Part shown: positions 1-12,118 of the stretch, in pieces
How positions within the stretch are numbered: the stretch's first letter is position 1
How the letters are laid out: the number at the start of each line of letters is the position of its first letter
Origin: Mobula hypostoma
Lineage: Eukaryota
Direction of reading: 5' to 3'
Length of the DNA: 64,000 nucleotides
Assembly (NCBI RefSeq): GCF_963921235.1
Contig: NC_086107.1
Span: 95,792,001 to 95,856,000, forward strand
Position numbers and translations under genes: made by a program
Notes under the pieces: model-generated
Seen by the model: the letters and a program-made list of their open reading frames with translations, nothing else
Databases searched by the model: none
Told to the model about the DNA's origin: nothing

Positions 1-1113
1 GATCTGTTGGAATTCTTTGAGGAAATAAGATACAGGATAGACAAAGGAGAGTCAGTGAAAGTTGTCATTTGGATTTTCAGAAGACTTTTGACAAGGTGTT
101 GCATTCGAGCCCATGGTATTACAGGAAAGGTACTAGTATAGATAGAAGATTGACTGACTGACTGACAAGAGGCAAAGAGTGGGATAAAGGGGGCCTTTTC
201 TGGTTGGCTGGCAATGAGTAGTGATGTGCCGCAGGGGTCAGGGTTGGGACAATTTCTTTTCATGTTCTACTGTATGTCATTAATTTGGATGAAGGAATTG
301 ACTGCTTTGTGACCAAGTTTGTAAATGATACTAAGATGGGTGGAGGGGCAGGTGGTGTTGAGGAAGCAGGGTGTCTGTAGAAGGACTTGAACACATTGGG
401 GGAATGGGCAATGAGTGATTCTAGGGAATAATACCTACCCCATCAATTCTCCGTTAATCACCAGTTCACCTTCCCATCCCTCCCATAACAGAAATGTACC
501 ACCACTCCTACCTTCTCACTGTTGTTACAGAACTCAACACACCCATCAACACAGCTTGGCTATAATCATGTCCTCTGGGTACAGTCGCAGCCAGTTGTCC
601 CTCCTCCTGTACAGCCCCTTCCCACCCAGGGCAGTTACAATCAAGCCTCCTGGGACACTGTCACTGTCAGGTCCCTTCAGCAGCTACTGAGAATTGAACA
701 GTGCTGGACGAGAGGAAAACAAAGCCTTTCAGATCCCAGTCTCGTACTGACCTGCAGGTTTAGCGTCTCGCCACTATGATTGAGGTTTCTGAAGCAGTAA
801 ACAAGGTCGATAAGGGTTGGTTAGTTGTGGTGTTTGTAGACTTCAGTCAGTACTTTGATAAGGTCCTACGTGGTAGACTGCTATCTGGTTGCATGGGATC
901 CAGGCAGAGCTGTCTAAGTAGATCCAGAATTGGCCTGATTATAACAAGCAGAGGATGATGAAGGGAGGATGTTACTTTCAGACTGGAGGGCCGTGACTAG
1001 TGGGGTGCCTCTGTTCAGAGAACATTGAATATAGAACAGTACAACACAGGAACAGGCCCTTGGCTCACAATGTTGTACCAAACTAATTAAACTAGTAATT
1101 GAAAGCCTAACTA

Positions 1114-1414
1114 GGGCCGGCTGGTGGCGCAACGACATCAGCGCCAGACCCGGGAGCGGAGGTTCCAGGGTTCGAAACTAGCTGGGTCCACTCCCGTGTA
1201 CACTTTCCATCCATGCCGGGTTGAGTGTCAAGATCGCAACTCGACCTCATAAAATAAAGGGAAAATACTGCGAAAATGTCTGTGTAAGGAGTGGCGCACC
1301 ACGCAGTCTCTCTCTCTCTCTCACTCTGCGCCTTGTAAAAGACATGAAAAAGACATCATCACGGACGCATGTACACGCACAAACTCGCACGCACGCAGGC
1401 ACACAACAAAAAAA
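1114..1414 (+). mobile_element. tRNA-derived SINE, family A
   Basis: A-box TGGCGCAACG, B-box GGTTCGAAAC, poly-A tail, TSD AAAGCCTAACTA (1102-1113 / 1415-1426). Confidence 0.85.
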
Positions 1415-1612
1415 AAAGCCTAACTAACCAATCCCTTTTGCCTATAGAAGACCTTATCTCTCCATCTCTCTACATTTGTATACCTATCTTAGAGCCTCTT
1501 AAACGCCTCTATCACACGTGCCTCCACCACTACCCCTGGCAGTGCATTCCAGACACCCACCGTTTTGTGTAAAAGAACTTGCCCTGCACATTTAATTGAA
1601 CTTACTTTAAAT

Positions 1613-1652
1613 CAGGAATTCCTAACTTGGGGTCCATGGCATAAAAGCCCTG
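1613..1652. mobile_element. 40-bp deletion derivative of the same hAT MITE
   Basis: CAGG...CCTG ends, shared GGTCCATGGCATAAAA core, perfect TSD CTTTAAAT. Confidence 0.7.
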
Positions 1653-2504
1653 CTTTAAATGCATGCCCTCAGGTATTAAATTTTTCAACCTTGGGTAAAA
1701 GATGCTGTATGTCTACTCTATCTATTTTCAAACTCAACACCTTGATTAATAAAGGCAAGCATGTCACATGCCTTATCATCCGTTCAACCTGTGCATTCAC
1801 TTTCAGGGAATTATAAATCCCTAAATCCCTCTGTACACCAACACTGCTAAGGGAGCTGCCATTACTGCATACTGTCTTTTATTCACATTTGCTTTCCCAA
1901 AGTGCAACACCGCATGTTTTGTCGTGTTGACTGCATGACTTTAACTTCGAGCCCAATAAAATCATCTTCACTTCATTGAACACACCATCTCGCAACTCAT
2001 ACTCTGTAACCATCTGATGCTGGGTGTGTCTGCCACTTCAATACCATCCCAACATCTATGGGAAGAAACATGAACTAATGAGAAGATGCCGAGAATCAAT
2101 ATTTGGGCCTGGCCTGGCCTCTGGTTAATGAGAGTGAATCACATCTCATCTTCCACGTCTACATCGCTCATTAAAGGACAGCTTTTAATTTGCACAGAAT
2201 ACACACAATCTGAACCATATTTGAGGAAACAGAATATCATCTTTTAATGTTCAAGAGTCGTGGCAACCATTCTTTCATGTCCACTTCAAAGATTTAAATG
2301 AAATGGTTGCTGAGTTTTCTTCTACAACAACAGGGACTTGACACACAGAAGGTTTATTAAAACCAAGTTCAGGGCAAGTGATTTGAAACCAAGGGAATTT
2401 AGTGACTTGCCCCGAGTTTCTGTTCCCACAGCATCCTCATTATCTCCCAGCTGTCTTTTGAAATGGATTTTTATAAACTTTAAAGAATGGCATTGTTAGA
2501 ATTT

Positions 2505-2580
2505 TATTTCCCTAATGAGTTTATTGATGTCACTATCTCTGTCCCTGAGTCTTATATAAACCCAGTAGCACAGGGTCGAG
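2505..2580 (+). promoter_or_regulatory. PTH2/TIP39 core promoter
   Basis: TATATAAA at 2553-2560; CRE-like TGATGTCA at 2525-2532; lies just upstream of a short exon ending in a consensus donor. Confidence 0.65.
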
Positions 2581-2581
2581 C

Positions 2582-2681
2582 ACACACTGACCAACACTGA
2601 GACCAGCTCACGCCGACTGACATCCATCCACTACCACTAAGACACTTGTCTGATATCAAAGACTGAAACACAGTATTTCTG
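2582..2681 (+). other. PTH2: PTH2 non-coding exon 1 (5' UTR); start approximate
   Basis: Start inferred ~30 nt downstream of the start of the TATA box; no ATG; ends CTG|GTGAGT (GT at 2682). Confidence 0.65.
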
Positions 2682-3874
2682 GTGAGTACAATGTTTTCTT
2701 TGCGAAAGTGAAGTCAGAACTGAAATGAATATGAAAGTGAATAGATACCTCACTGCGATGCTTTTCAGAGATCTGCATTAATCCTTTGATCAGCAGGGAA
2801 ATCCTGCATCCATTGGTGCTTGTAACCCAATCCTCCATCACCATAGTCTTCCTATCAGTGGCTCCCACCCACCAGAACCCAGTGGTCAGCTGCACCCCAA
2901 AGGGTTCAATGATTGACATATTGGACTGCAACCAGAATTTCACCATTGATCCGGAGATGTGAGTTGGAACCCTAGAAATTCCCATGCAAGTTATATTGTT
3001 AATCTGGAATTTTTATCTTATAAAATACTTCTTTCAGTAATGGTGGATGTTATTTAGTTCATGATGTCCCTTGGAGAAGGAATGCTGCTGTCCTCACTGG
3101 GATGGGCTCATACGTGATCCCAGACCGACCTGTAAGATTTACTCTCAACAGACCTGTTGTTTAGGGGTATCTAGGGATGAATCCATTCTCCTCAGTTTCA
3201 TCCTCCCAGTGACATTCTCCTCTCCCAACCCTCCCTGCTGCTTACCGAGCTGCCTTGAGCTCCTTCCCAGTTCTGACAAAGAGTCTTTAATGTGAAAAGT
3301 TTCTCTCCTCACAGATGCTGCCTGATCTGCTGAGAAATTCCAGGATTTTCTGCTGTTATTTCAGATTTCCAGTAGCAGATGGAGTCTGTGGAGATGACAT
3401 GGTCCATTAGACTGGTACCACTAACAATGTATGGTAATCACTCCGGGAGTCCCACTGACAACCTGCGACTTTGGACTGCCGGACAAGATAGACTAAGTGC
3501 TTACAACCCAGTTCTTGAGCGGTGTGTGGGTGGTTGAAAGAGGTGTACGTGTGTCTATGTCAGTGTGTGTATCCAACGTCATTTGCGGTGTATTACCATT
3601 ATATCAGCGTGCTTTGCATTGTGCATATAAAGATATAAGATGTTACATGCAGGTTGGGGTGTATATATCAAAATTCAAAGTAAAATCAGGGTATAGACAC
3701 TTCACCACATGCAACCCAGAGGTTCTTTATCCTGTGGGCATACTCAGCAAATCTATAGAATAATAATTGTAAACAGGATCAATGAAAGAGCAAGAGCAGA
3801 GAAGACAATGAACTGTTGAAATGCAACTGTAAATAAATAGCAATCAATAACAAGAGCATGAAATAACAATCACA

Positions 3875-4440
3875 GACAAGAAAAAATCTGGCAGATGCTG
3901 GAAATCCGAGCAACACACAAACTGCTGGAGGAACTCAGCGGGCCAGGCAGCATCTCTGGGGAAAGAAAAGTACAGTCGACATTTCGAGCCGCGACCCTTC
4001 AGCAGGACTGGAGAAAAAAGGTTGAGGAGTAGGTTTGAAAGATGAGGGAAGGGGAGAGAGAAATGCCAGGTGATAGGTGAAACTTGGAGCGAGAGGGATG
4101 AAGCAAAGAGCTGGGAAGTTGTTTGTGAAAGAGACAGAAGGCCATGGAAGAAAGGGAAAAGGGGGGGCCGTGGGGGTGAGGAGCACCGGAGGAAGGTGAT
4201 GGGCGGGCAAGGAGATAACATGAGAGAGGGACAAGGGGATAGGAAATGGTGAAGGGGTGGGGGGAGGGGAGGCATTACTGAAAGTTTGAGAAATCGATGT
4301 CCACGCCATCAGGTTGGAGACTACCCAAACGAATATTAGGTGTTGCTCCTCCAACCTATGTATGGCCTTATCCCGACGGGGGAGGAGGCAATGGATGGGC
4401 ATATTGGAATGGGAATGGAAGTGGAATTAAAATGGGTAGC
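3875..4440 (-). mobile_element. Older Penelope-like 3' fragment
   Basis: RLEEQHLIF remnant plus a 3' tail with a degenerate hammerhead (3974-4009). Confidence 0.8.
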
Positions 4441-5042
4441 CAATAACAAGACAAGTGAAATCAATGGTTGTGGGAACATCTCAATAGATGAGTGCAATTA
4501 TCCTCTTGTTCAAGAGCCTGATGGTTGAGGGGTAGTGACTGTTCTTGAACCTGGTGGTGCGAGTCCTGAGGCCCTTGTACCTTCTACCTGATGGCATCAG
4601 TGAGAAAAGAGCACGGCCTGAGTGGTGAGGATCTTTGATGATAGATTTTGCTTTCCTACGATCGTGTTTCATGTAGATGTACTCAGTGGTTGGAAGGGAT
4701 TTACCCATGATGTACTGGACTGAATCGACTAGCTTCTGTGGGATTTTGTAGAACTACATGCTCTATTGTATGATTAGGTGTGATTTGGTGCAGGTGATTT
4801 AAGTATGTGTGTGTTGCTACTGGGTGTGAGATTCTGCATACGTGTGTCTGGGTGTGAGTCACTATCGGGTGTGTGTCTGGGTGTGAGTTGATTGCCAGGT
4901 ACATCCTTGAGGAAGAACCAGTCCCGTTGGCAGAATGTAACTCCACTGGTTTCACACAAGCTGCAGCCCCAACCTGCCCTGTGTTTTACTGTGGGCCTGA
5001 AACGAACATTCAGGCCGTTGTTTCTTGTTTCTCTCACAGGTC

Positions 5043-5155
5043 ATGGAGCCTTGGTCCTATGCTCGAGTGCTGCTGATGGGACTGGTACTGGGACTGAGCT
5101 GTATTCCACCCCCGTGTGCTGAAGCTGTTCCTGCCTCGGCTCGACACTCAGAGAG
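5043..5155 (+). CDS. PTH2: PTH2/TIP39 precursor, first coding exon (signal peptide)
   Basis: Acceptor TTGTTTCTCTCACAG| at 5039, ATG at 5043, MEPWSYARVLLMGLVLGLSCIPPPCAEAVPASARHSE(R) with hydrophobic core and AxA cleavage motif. Donor AG|GTAAA is phase 2 and matches the next exon. Not in the ORF track. Confidence 0.85.
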
Positions 5156-6377
5156 GTAAAATCCCCTCAGCAACAGTTGTTGTTGCCCACGTGCCGTCTG
5201 TATTAAACGTGGAGAAGGTCATGGGAGCTCGGGAATTCAGGGAGAGAATAGTGATAGCTTGGATCATGTCCACGAGAAGAGAGAGGAGGTGCAGGTGGTC
5301 TTAACTCACAAAAAGGTGGTTGAATCCCCAGGGGCCTAACCAAGTGCATTATGGGAAACCAGGGGAGAAATTCCAGGAGCCCAGGTAGAGATAGTTATAT
5401 CGTCAGCAATAGGAGAGGTGCCAGAAGACTGGAAGATGGCAAACATTGTGTCTCTATTTAAGAAGAGAGGCAAGGACAAGCCAAGGAACTCCAGACTGGT
5501 GAGCTCATCAGTGGTGTCAAAGTTACTGGAAGTGATTCTGAGGGGCAGGATCTAGGCTGCATTTGAATGACACATGGAGTTTAACTCCGACAAGTGAGAA
5601 GTGCTGCATTTTGGATTGTTAAACCAGTGCAGGACTTCAACAGAAACGGGGGAGCATTGTCAGCAGAGCTATAGTGTTACAGTTACGTAGTTCCCTGAAA
5701 GTGGTGACAGAGGGAGGGAGGGTGAAGAAGCTCTTTGGTCAGGGGATTGAGTACAGGGGTTGGAATGTCATGTTACAGCTGTATGAGACACTATTTCTGG
5801 CAACTCATTTAAATTACACACCAGCCTGTGTGTGATGAAACTGCCTCTGACATCCCTATTAAATATATCAGCCTTGATCTTAAACCTATGCTCTCCAGTT
5901 TATAGTAATCCTTCCCTGAGAAAAAGATAGTATACTTTTCCCCCGTCCAAACCCATTATGATCTTGGGTACCTTTATCATGTCACCCTCAACCCCTTACA
6001 TTCCAGGGAATAAAGTCTGAACCTACAGCCTAGTTGAAAATCAGTGTGAGTGAGGGCTTTTCTCCTTGTAATGTCAGAGGATGAGAGGAGACGTGATGGA
6101 GGTGTACAAGATAAGAGACATTGATAGAGTGGACAGCCAGAGACTTTTTCCCAGCAATGGCTAATAACAGGGGATACTTTTATGTTGATTGGAGGAAATT
6201 AAGGGGGGGGTGTCAGAGGTGGGTTTTTTTCCACTCAAGAGTGGCGGGTGTGTGAAACGCCCGGCCAGGGGTGGTGGTAGAGGCAGATACATTAGGGACA
6301 TTTAAGAGACTCTTGGATAGACACATGGATGATAGAAAAATGGAGGACTATGTGAAAGGGAAGGGTTAGAAAGATCT

Positions 6378-6653
6378 TTTTTTTGCACATGTGTGTGCGA
6401 TGTTGGTGGGACGATGTCTTTTTCCTGCCTTTACAAGGCGCGGAGAGAGCGAGAGAGAGACTATGTGGCGTGCCACCCCTCACACAGCCATTTTGCAGTA
6501 TTTTTCCCTTTATTTTACGAGGTCGAGTTGCAATCTTGACACTCAACCCGGCACGGATTGAAAGCGTACTCAGGAATGGACCCGGCCGGGTTCGAACCCG
6601 GGAACCTCCGTTCCGGAGTCCGGCGCTGATGTCATTGCGCCACCAGCTGGCCC
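6378..6653 (-). mobile_element. tRNA-derived SINE, family A
   Basis: Inverted homolog of 1114-1414; degenerate TSD AGGGTT.GA.AGATCT. Confidence 0.85.
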
Positions 6654-7814
6654 AGGGTTGGACAGATCTCAAAGTAGGTTAAAAGATTGGCATATCACTG
6701 TGGGTCAAAGAGCCAATGTTCTATGCATCCTCTCCTTGTAATTCACACCCCCAACTCCAGCCAAAATCTTTTTGTACTGTTGCTAGTTTAACAACATTTT
6801 TCCTATAACAGGATGACTATAACTGTATATAATGCTCCTCACCAATAACTTAAATAATTGTAACAAAGCATCTGAACTCCTATACTCAGTGTCTAGACTG
6901 ATGAAGATTAGTACACCAAATACTATCTTCAGCACCCTATCTATCTGTGACGCGCTTTCAACGAGCCTTGCACTTGTAATCCTAGGCCCCTCTTTCATAC
7001 CACTCCCTAGGACCGAAGGATTCACTGGACAAGTCCTCTCTGGTTTGATCTCCCAAAATACAATACCTCACATTGCTCTGGATGGAAATCCATTTGCCAA
7101 GCCTCGGCCCTCACACCGAGCTCATCAATATCCCATGTAGTTTTTCATAACCTTCTACCCTATCTATAAACCCACCTATTTTTATATCATCTACAAACTT
7201 TATACATTCACATCCAAGTCATTCATATAAATTATAATCAACAGAGGTCCCAGCACCGACTCCTGTGACAGGCTTCCAGTCTGTGAAACAATCCTGAACC
7301 ATCACCCTCTGCATCCTCCCACTGGGCCAATCATAAACCTGTTCTGCTATCGTCCCCAATTCCCATGTGATCTAATCTTGCAGAATAGCCTGTCATGGAG
7401 GACCTTGTCAAAGGTCTTGCTATAGTCCATATGGACAATCTGCAGCCTACCCTGATCTAGCCTCTTAGTTACCTCCTCAAAGAACTCCAAGAGATTTGTT
7501 AGACACCAAATCCCATACACAGAGACACACTGACCGGAATCAGATCCTGTCTCTCCTGATGTTTTAGATCCTGTCTCTCAGAATTCCCACAGCAAATGGA
7601 GGAGTTCCTGTGGCCATCTGGTCCATCATTCCACCTAATCCTGGCTGATCTCCATACCAGTTCCCCATTTTCCTCATTTCTCTGATCTTTCTAAATTGTG
7701 ACTCCCTGAACACAATGCCCTGCAGAGAGCACTCTACAAAGGCTGTTTCTATCACTGGAAAACACTTGATGTGAAAGGTTTGCAGGAGCTGAGATTTGCT
7801 TTGTCCATGTCTAG

Positions 7815-8250
7815 GTCTGGGACAATTACGAAGCGGCCGGGTATGATGGGAGACGAGCAGTGGGGGAGCCTTCTGCAGATCATCATGGGCTGTCATGCCT
7901 CTGGCCCAGAGTGTGGGAGCAATGTGAAGGAAATGGCAACCCTTGCTGGTGCCAGAGGTCTCCCAGGAAAAGACTCTGGGACCTGGCAGATTTCGGCATT
8001 AAATTCAAGAGAAGGCCTCGATGGGACCTCGCTGGAGCGCAGCACTTCTGACAGTGGAGCAGGGGGGACTGGGGCTCTGCTGGACAAGAGCTGGGGCTCT
8101 GACTGGCTGGAGCCCAGCACCAAAACAGAAGCAAAGCGAAGCACTGTGGTGGCGGATGATGTGCTTTTCCGAGAAAAGAGCAAGTTATTGGCTGCTCTGG
8201 AGAGGCAAAAATGGCTGAAGTCAATGATAAGCCGCCTTGTGCTTACCTAA
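7815..8250 (+). CDS. PTH2: PTH2/TIP39 precursor, last exon (propeptide + mature peptide 8140-8247)
   Basis: Acceptor TTGCTTTGTCCATGTCTAG|G. Ends ...EAKR|STVVADDVLFREKSKLLAALERQKWLKSMISRLVLT*, matching the TIP39 signature ADDxxFRE..LL.A.ER..WL after a dibasic site. Confidence 0.93.
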
Positions 8251-8305
8251 TTGTGCAGTCTCCAGAAAGTCTCAATGTCTCCACGTGGATTCACTCCTGA
8301 ACTCT

Positions 8306-8311
8306 AATAAA
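8306..8311 (+). terminator. PTH2 polyadenylation signal
   Basis: AATAAA about 55 nt after the stop codon. Confidence 0.6.
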
Positions 8312-11300
8312 TTTCTCTGCAACGACATTGTCTCCTGTATGCTTTAGAATTGCAAACAGCAGCTTATGATTGACAGCTGATTTGGGGTGGATTCCAACCC
8401 ACAGCCCTCTGTGGGTACTGGGGTGCAGGTAGAGTAGAGGGGCCCAACAGAGGAGGGTGTGGGCAGTGGGTGTGTCCAAGGAGTCAGCAGCTGGGGAATC
8501 ACATTGGGAATGGATGAGTGTGACAGAGGAATGGGAAGTCAAGGAGGGGCTGGATTAGGGGTAAGGAGGGAGGTAACAATGAGGGAGGGGAGGTAAGAGT
8601 GGGGGCAAGAAAGTGAGGCCATTGGATGTCGGTCAGAGAAGGGGAAAGGTGGAAGGACAGAGAGAGCAGGGTGATGTAGCTGAGCGAGGGTCGGGATTAC
8701 ACAGGAAGACAGGTAGGGCTGGAAAGATAATTTACAGGACTGTGTAGAGTCTGGAAAACTCTTTGAACAGTGAAGGAGATTTACAGAGGCACCTCATTCT
8801 GAAATGTGCAAGAAGAATACAGATAAATTATTTCCAGTGGCAGAGGACAAGTTACAGAGGCCGGGAAAGGAAGTTTTCAAGCAGAGAGTTGTGAAATGGA
8901 ACGCACTTCCCAAACGGGCAGTGAAAGGAGATTCACTGGGGAGGGGCTGGGGTAAATGGTGAAGGTAGAGGGAGGGAGGGGTGGAGGGAAAGAGTGACAT
9001 CAATGGAATCATCCTTCCTCAGGACATCCCAAAGACGTGTAGCTTGATGGGTTAAATGGCCTCTGTAACCTGCCCCGTGGGTGTTGAGGAAGGGTAGAAT
9101 CCGGGGACAGTCAATGAGAGTGGGAAGAGAAGAAAGGAGGATCAGTTTAGGTCGGTGCACAATGGTCAGCACAGAATGAATGGGGCAAAAGCCCTGTTTC
9201 TGTCCTGTGTGAAAATCTATTAAAGAATAAGGGGCTTGGCCTGGCAGACAGTGGAGTGTCTGGGTTCAAAGGTTAATGTGAACCCCATGACCTTGAAACA
9301 GACCTGTACTTGATGCGGGAGCAGAGTCCAACACTCATCGACCTATGTAAGTGAACACCATACGGGCCACTAGACTGAGGGGAGACACTTCGTACTGGTG
9401 CATTGGGCAGGGGTCAGGGGTTTTCTGTAACTGGGTGCTGTCACTGTGGGAAGGGTTGCACCGGACACTGGTGCTTCTGGGAATAGCATCTGAAGGAATT
9501 CTGAGAAGAGGGCATCCAGCACTGGTTTCACACATTGGGAAGAGGCTTGCAGAATTATTCACAGAGAATGTGATTCATCGAAAAAGTTACCGTCTGTACA
9601 GAGGTGAACATTAAATCATCCACACCCAGAAATCATCACAGCATTTACTGTACACAGTTAAAGAAAGATACTCATTGAGTTGGTGATAAACCAGGAAGGC
9701 TGCAGAATGAAAGAGAGAGATCAGGTTTGGTGCAGAATGGGGATTGCCAGGACTGAACGATGGGTTCACATAAGCACTGGCTTTTTGAACTTGCTTCTTC
9801 ATCTACCAATCAGGTCCCAGAAGGATCGCTCATCAGATGGGACACTTCCATCCTGTCACAAGCTGTCAAACACTGCCCATTAAATCAACTTTCACGGAAT
9901 AAACAACGGCCTTGGCCAGATGGCGTGAAAGGCACTGCTGCTGCAGCTTCTGCCCTTTATAGAGAGGCCTGTGTGCTAAGCCCACGACAATGTCCGGACC
10001 CCAGTGATGGCCTGATCACACTGGCTGGATGTGTACCCCTGGTTTCCTGCTGAGGTCTGACTGAAAAGACCAAACTTTACAGATTTTACAATGGCTTACG
10101 AATACAACAGCTCTCCAGATTGAGCACAGGAATGGTGAAAGGACACAAGCTATGAGATTATAAACATAGATACAAACTCATATGAACAGACCTCAGTTAC
10201 TTGGCCCCTCAAACTGGATCCGCTACTGAATAAGTTCACACCTTGTGTGACTGTAACTTGGAGCCCTGGTGACTCTCCGAGGAAAAAAAACACGAAGAGA
10301 GTCATAGAGCCAGTGAGCCATGCCAAGCATTGAGGTCCCACTTACACTATCCCTACATATATTAATAGAAGCCCTTTGGCCCACATTGTTGAGTCAAATC
10401 TATAACCTGCTCTAAGATCAATCTAACCCTTCTCTCTCACACATCACCCTCCACTTTTCTATCATCCATGTGCTGATCAAAGAGTTTCTTACATGCCCCC
10501 AATGTATCTACTTCTACCACCACCCGTGACAGGGCAATCTATGCATCCACCATAACTTGTTAAAAAAAAAATTACCCCTGATGTCCCCCCTATATTTTCT
10601 TTCAATCACATTAAAATTATGCCCCTTCCTATTAGCCGTTTGCACTCTGGGAAAACGCCTCTGATTATCCACTCAGTCTATGCCTCTTTATCATCTTGTA
10701 CACCTCTATCTCAACCTCCTTTTCTCCAGAAAGCAAATCCCTACCTTACTCGACCTCTCCTCACAAGACACGCTCTCTAGTCCAGGCAGCATCCTGGTAA
10801 ATTTCCTCTGCAGCCCCACTACAGCCTCGGCATCCTCCCTAGAATGAGAACTAACCTCAATATTCCACGTGCAGTTGACCAGTTGCAACATTACCTCATG
10901 CTCTTGAACTCAGTCCCTCAACTAATATCAAACTATCAACATCTACGGCAACATTGAGGGATCTATGGACACTGACCCCAAGATCTGTCTGTTCCTCCAC
11001 ACTGCTAAGAATCCTGCCATTAACCCTGTATTCTGCCTTCATTCTGTTTGATGCCTTAATTTCCTGACTGGACAACTCCTTCATTTTAAAAAGAATGAAA
11101 TATTTTTGAGGATTTGGAGGGTTTGAGGAAATAACGAGGCTTGAACTGAATAAATTAATGGTCAAAACTGAATGAGACAAAACAATTCAGTGAGAAGGGA
11201 AAGTGCAAGAAGAACACAGAAGAGGTGAGAGAGCTTGTACTGAATTCTCATTGGATTTCACCTGGCTGTGACATACTCGTGTGGGGATGAAAATACCTCT

Positions 11301-11592
11301 CTAACCCAGCTGTCCAGCAGAAACCAGACCAGCGTCCCATTCCTTGCTTGAAGAAATGAGCAGCACCCCAATCTCCTGAAACGGATAATAATTTAACTTC
11401 TGGTAACACGAGGGGAAGTTTGAAAGGGTTTTGAATACAGGACTGAAGGTATTATATTTGAAGGCCCACAGTATACAGAATAAGGTAAATGATCCTGTGG
11501 TACAGTTAGAGATTGGCAGGTATGACGTTATGGGCATCTGAGTCGTGGCTGAAAGAAGATCATAGTCGGGAGCTTAACATCTAAAGACACAT

Positions 11593-12118
11593 TCCCATTC
11601 TGACATGTCTATCCACGGCCTCCTCTACTGTAAAGATGAAGCCACACTCAGGTTGGAGGAACAACACCTTATATTCCGTCTGGGTAGCCTCCAACCTGAT
11701 GGCATGAACATTGACTTCTCTAACTTCCGCTAGGCCCCACCTCCCCCTCGTACCCCATCTGTTACTCATTTTTATGCACACATTCTTTCTCTCACTCTCC
11801 TTTTTCTCCCTCTGTCCCTCTGAATATACCTCTTGCCCATCCTCTGGGTCACCCCCCCCCCGTCTTTCTTCCCGGACCTCCTGTCCCATGATCCTCTCGT
11901 ATCCCCTTTTGCCTATCACCTGTCCAGCTCTCGGCTCTATCCCTCCCCCTCCTGTCTTCTCCTATCATTTTGGATCTCCCCCTCCCCCTTTCAAATCCCT
12001 TACTCACTCTTCCTTCAGTTAGTCCTGACGAAGGGTCTCGGCCTGAAACGTCGACTGCGCCTCTTCCTATAGATGCTGCCTGGCCTGCTGCGTTCACCAG
12101 CAACTTTGATGTGTGTTG
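11593..12118 (+). mobile_element. 5'-truncated Penelope-like element inserted in a CR1 remnant
   Basis: Encodes the GIY-YIG C-terminus (…RLEEQHLIFRLGSLQPDGMNIDFSNF); flanked by the direct repeat ATCTAAAGACACAT (11579-11592 / 12119-12132). Confidence 0.9.
12021..12056 (+). ncRNA. Minimal type-I hammerhead ribozyme motif (Penelope 3' region)
   Basis: AGTC-CTGACGA-AGGGTCTCGGCCT-GAAA-C-GTC-GACT: core CUGANGA/GAAA/NUH, stem I AGUC/GACU, short stem II, palindromic ACGU stem III. Confidence 0.75.

Noticed and set aside
2656..2985. 109-aa minus-strand ORF with AG/GT-like borders inside PTH2 intron 1
   Set aside because: No recognisable homology and no compatible partner exons; antisense to PTH2.
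7883..8224. Minus-strand ORFs of 96-113 aa
   Set aside because: Antisense shadows of the PTH2 coding exon.
9805..9840. Minus-strand TGATGA...CTGA with GATCCTTC resembling the 18S rRNA 3'-end complement
   Set aside because: Boxes only ~16 nt apart and no upstream C box or terminal stem; likely chance.
9335..10053. Several 60-97-aa ORFs on both strands
   Set aside because: No recognisable family or coherent coding exon structure.
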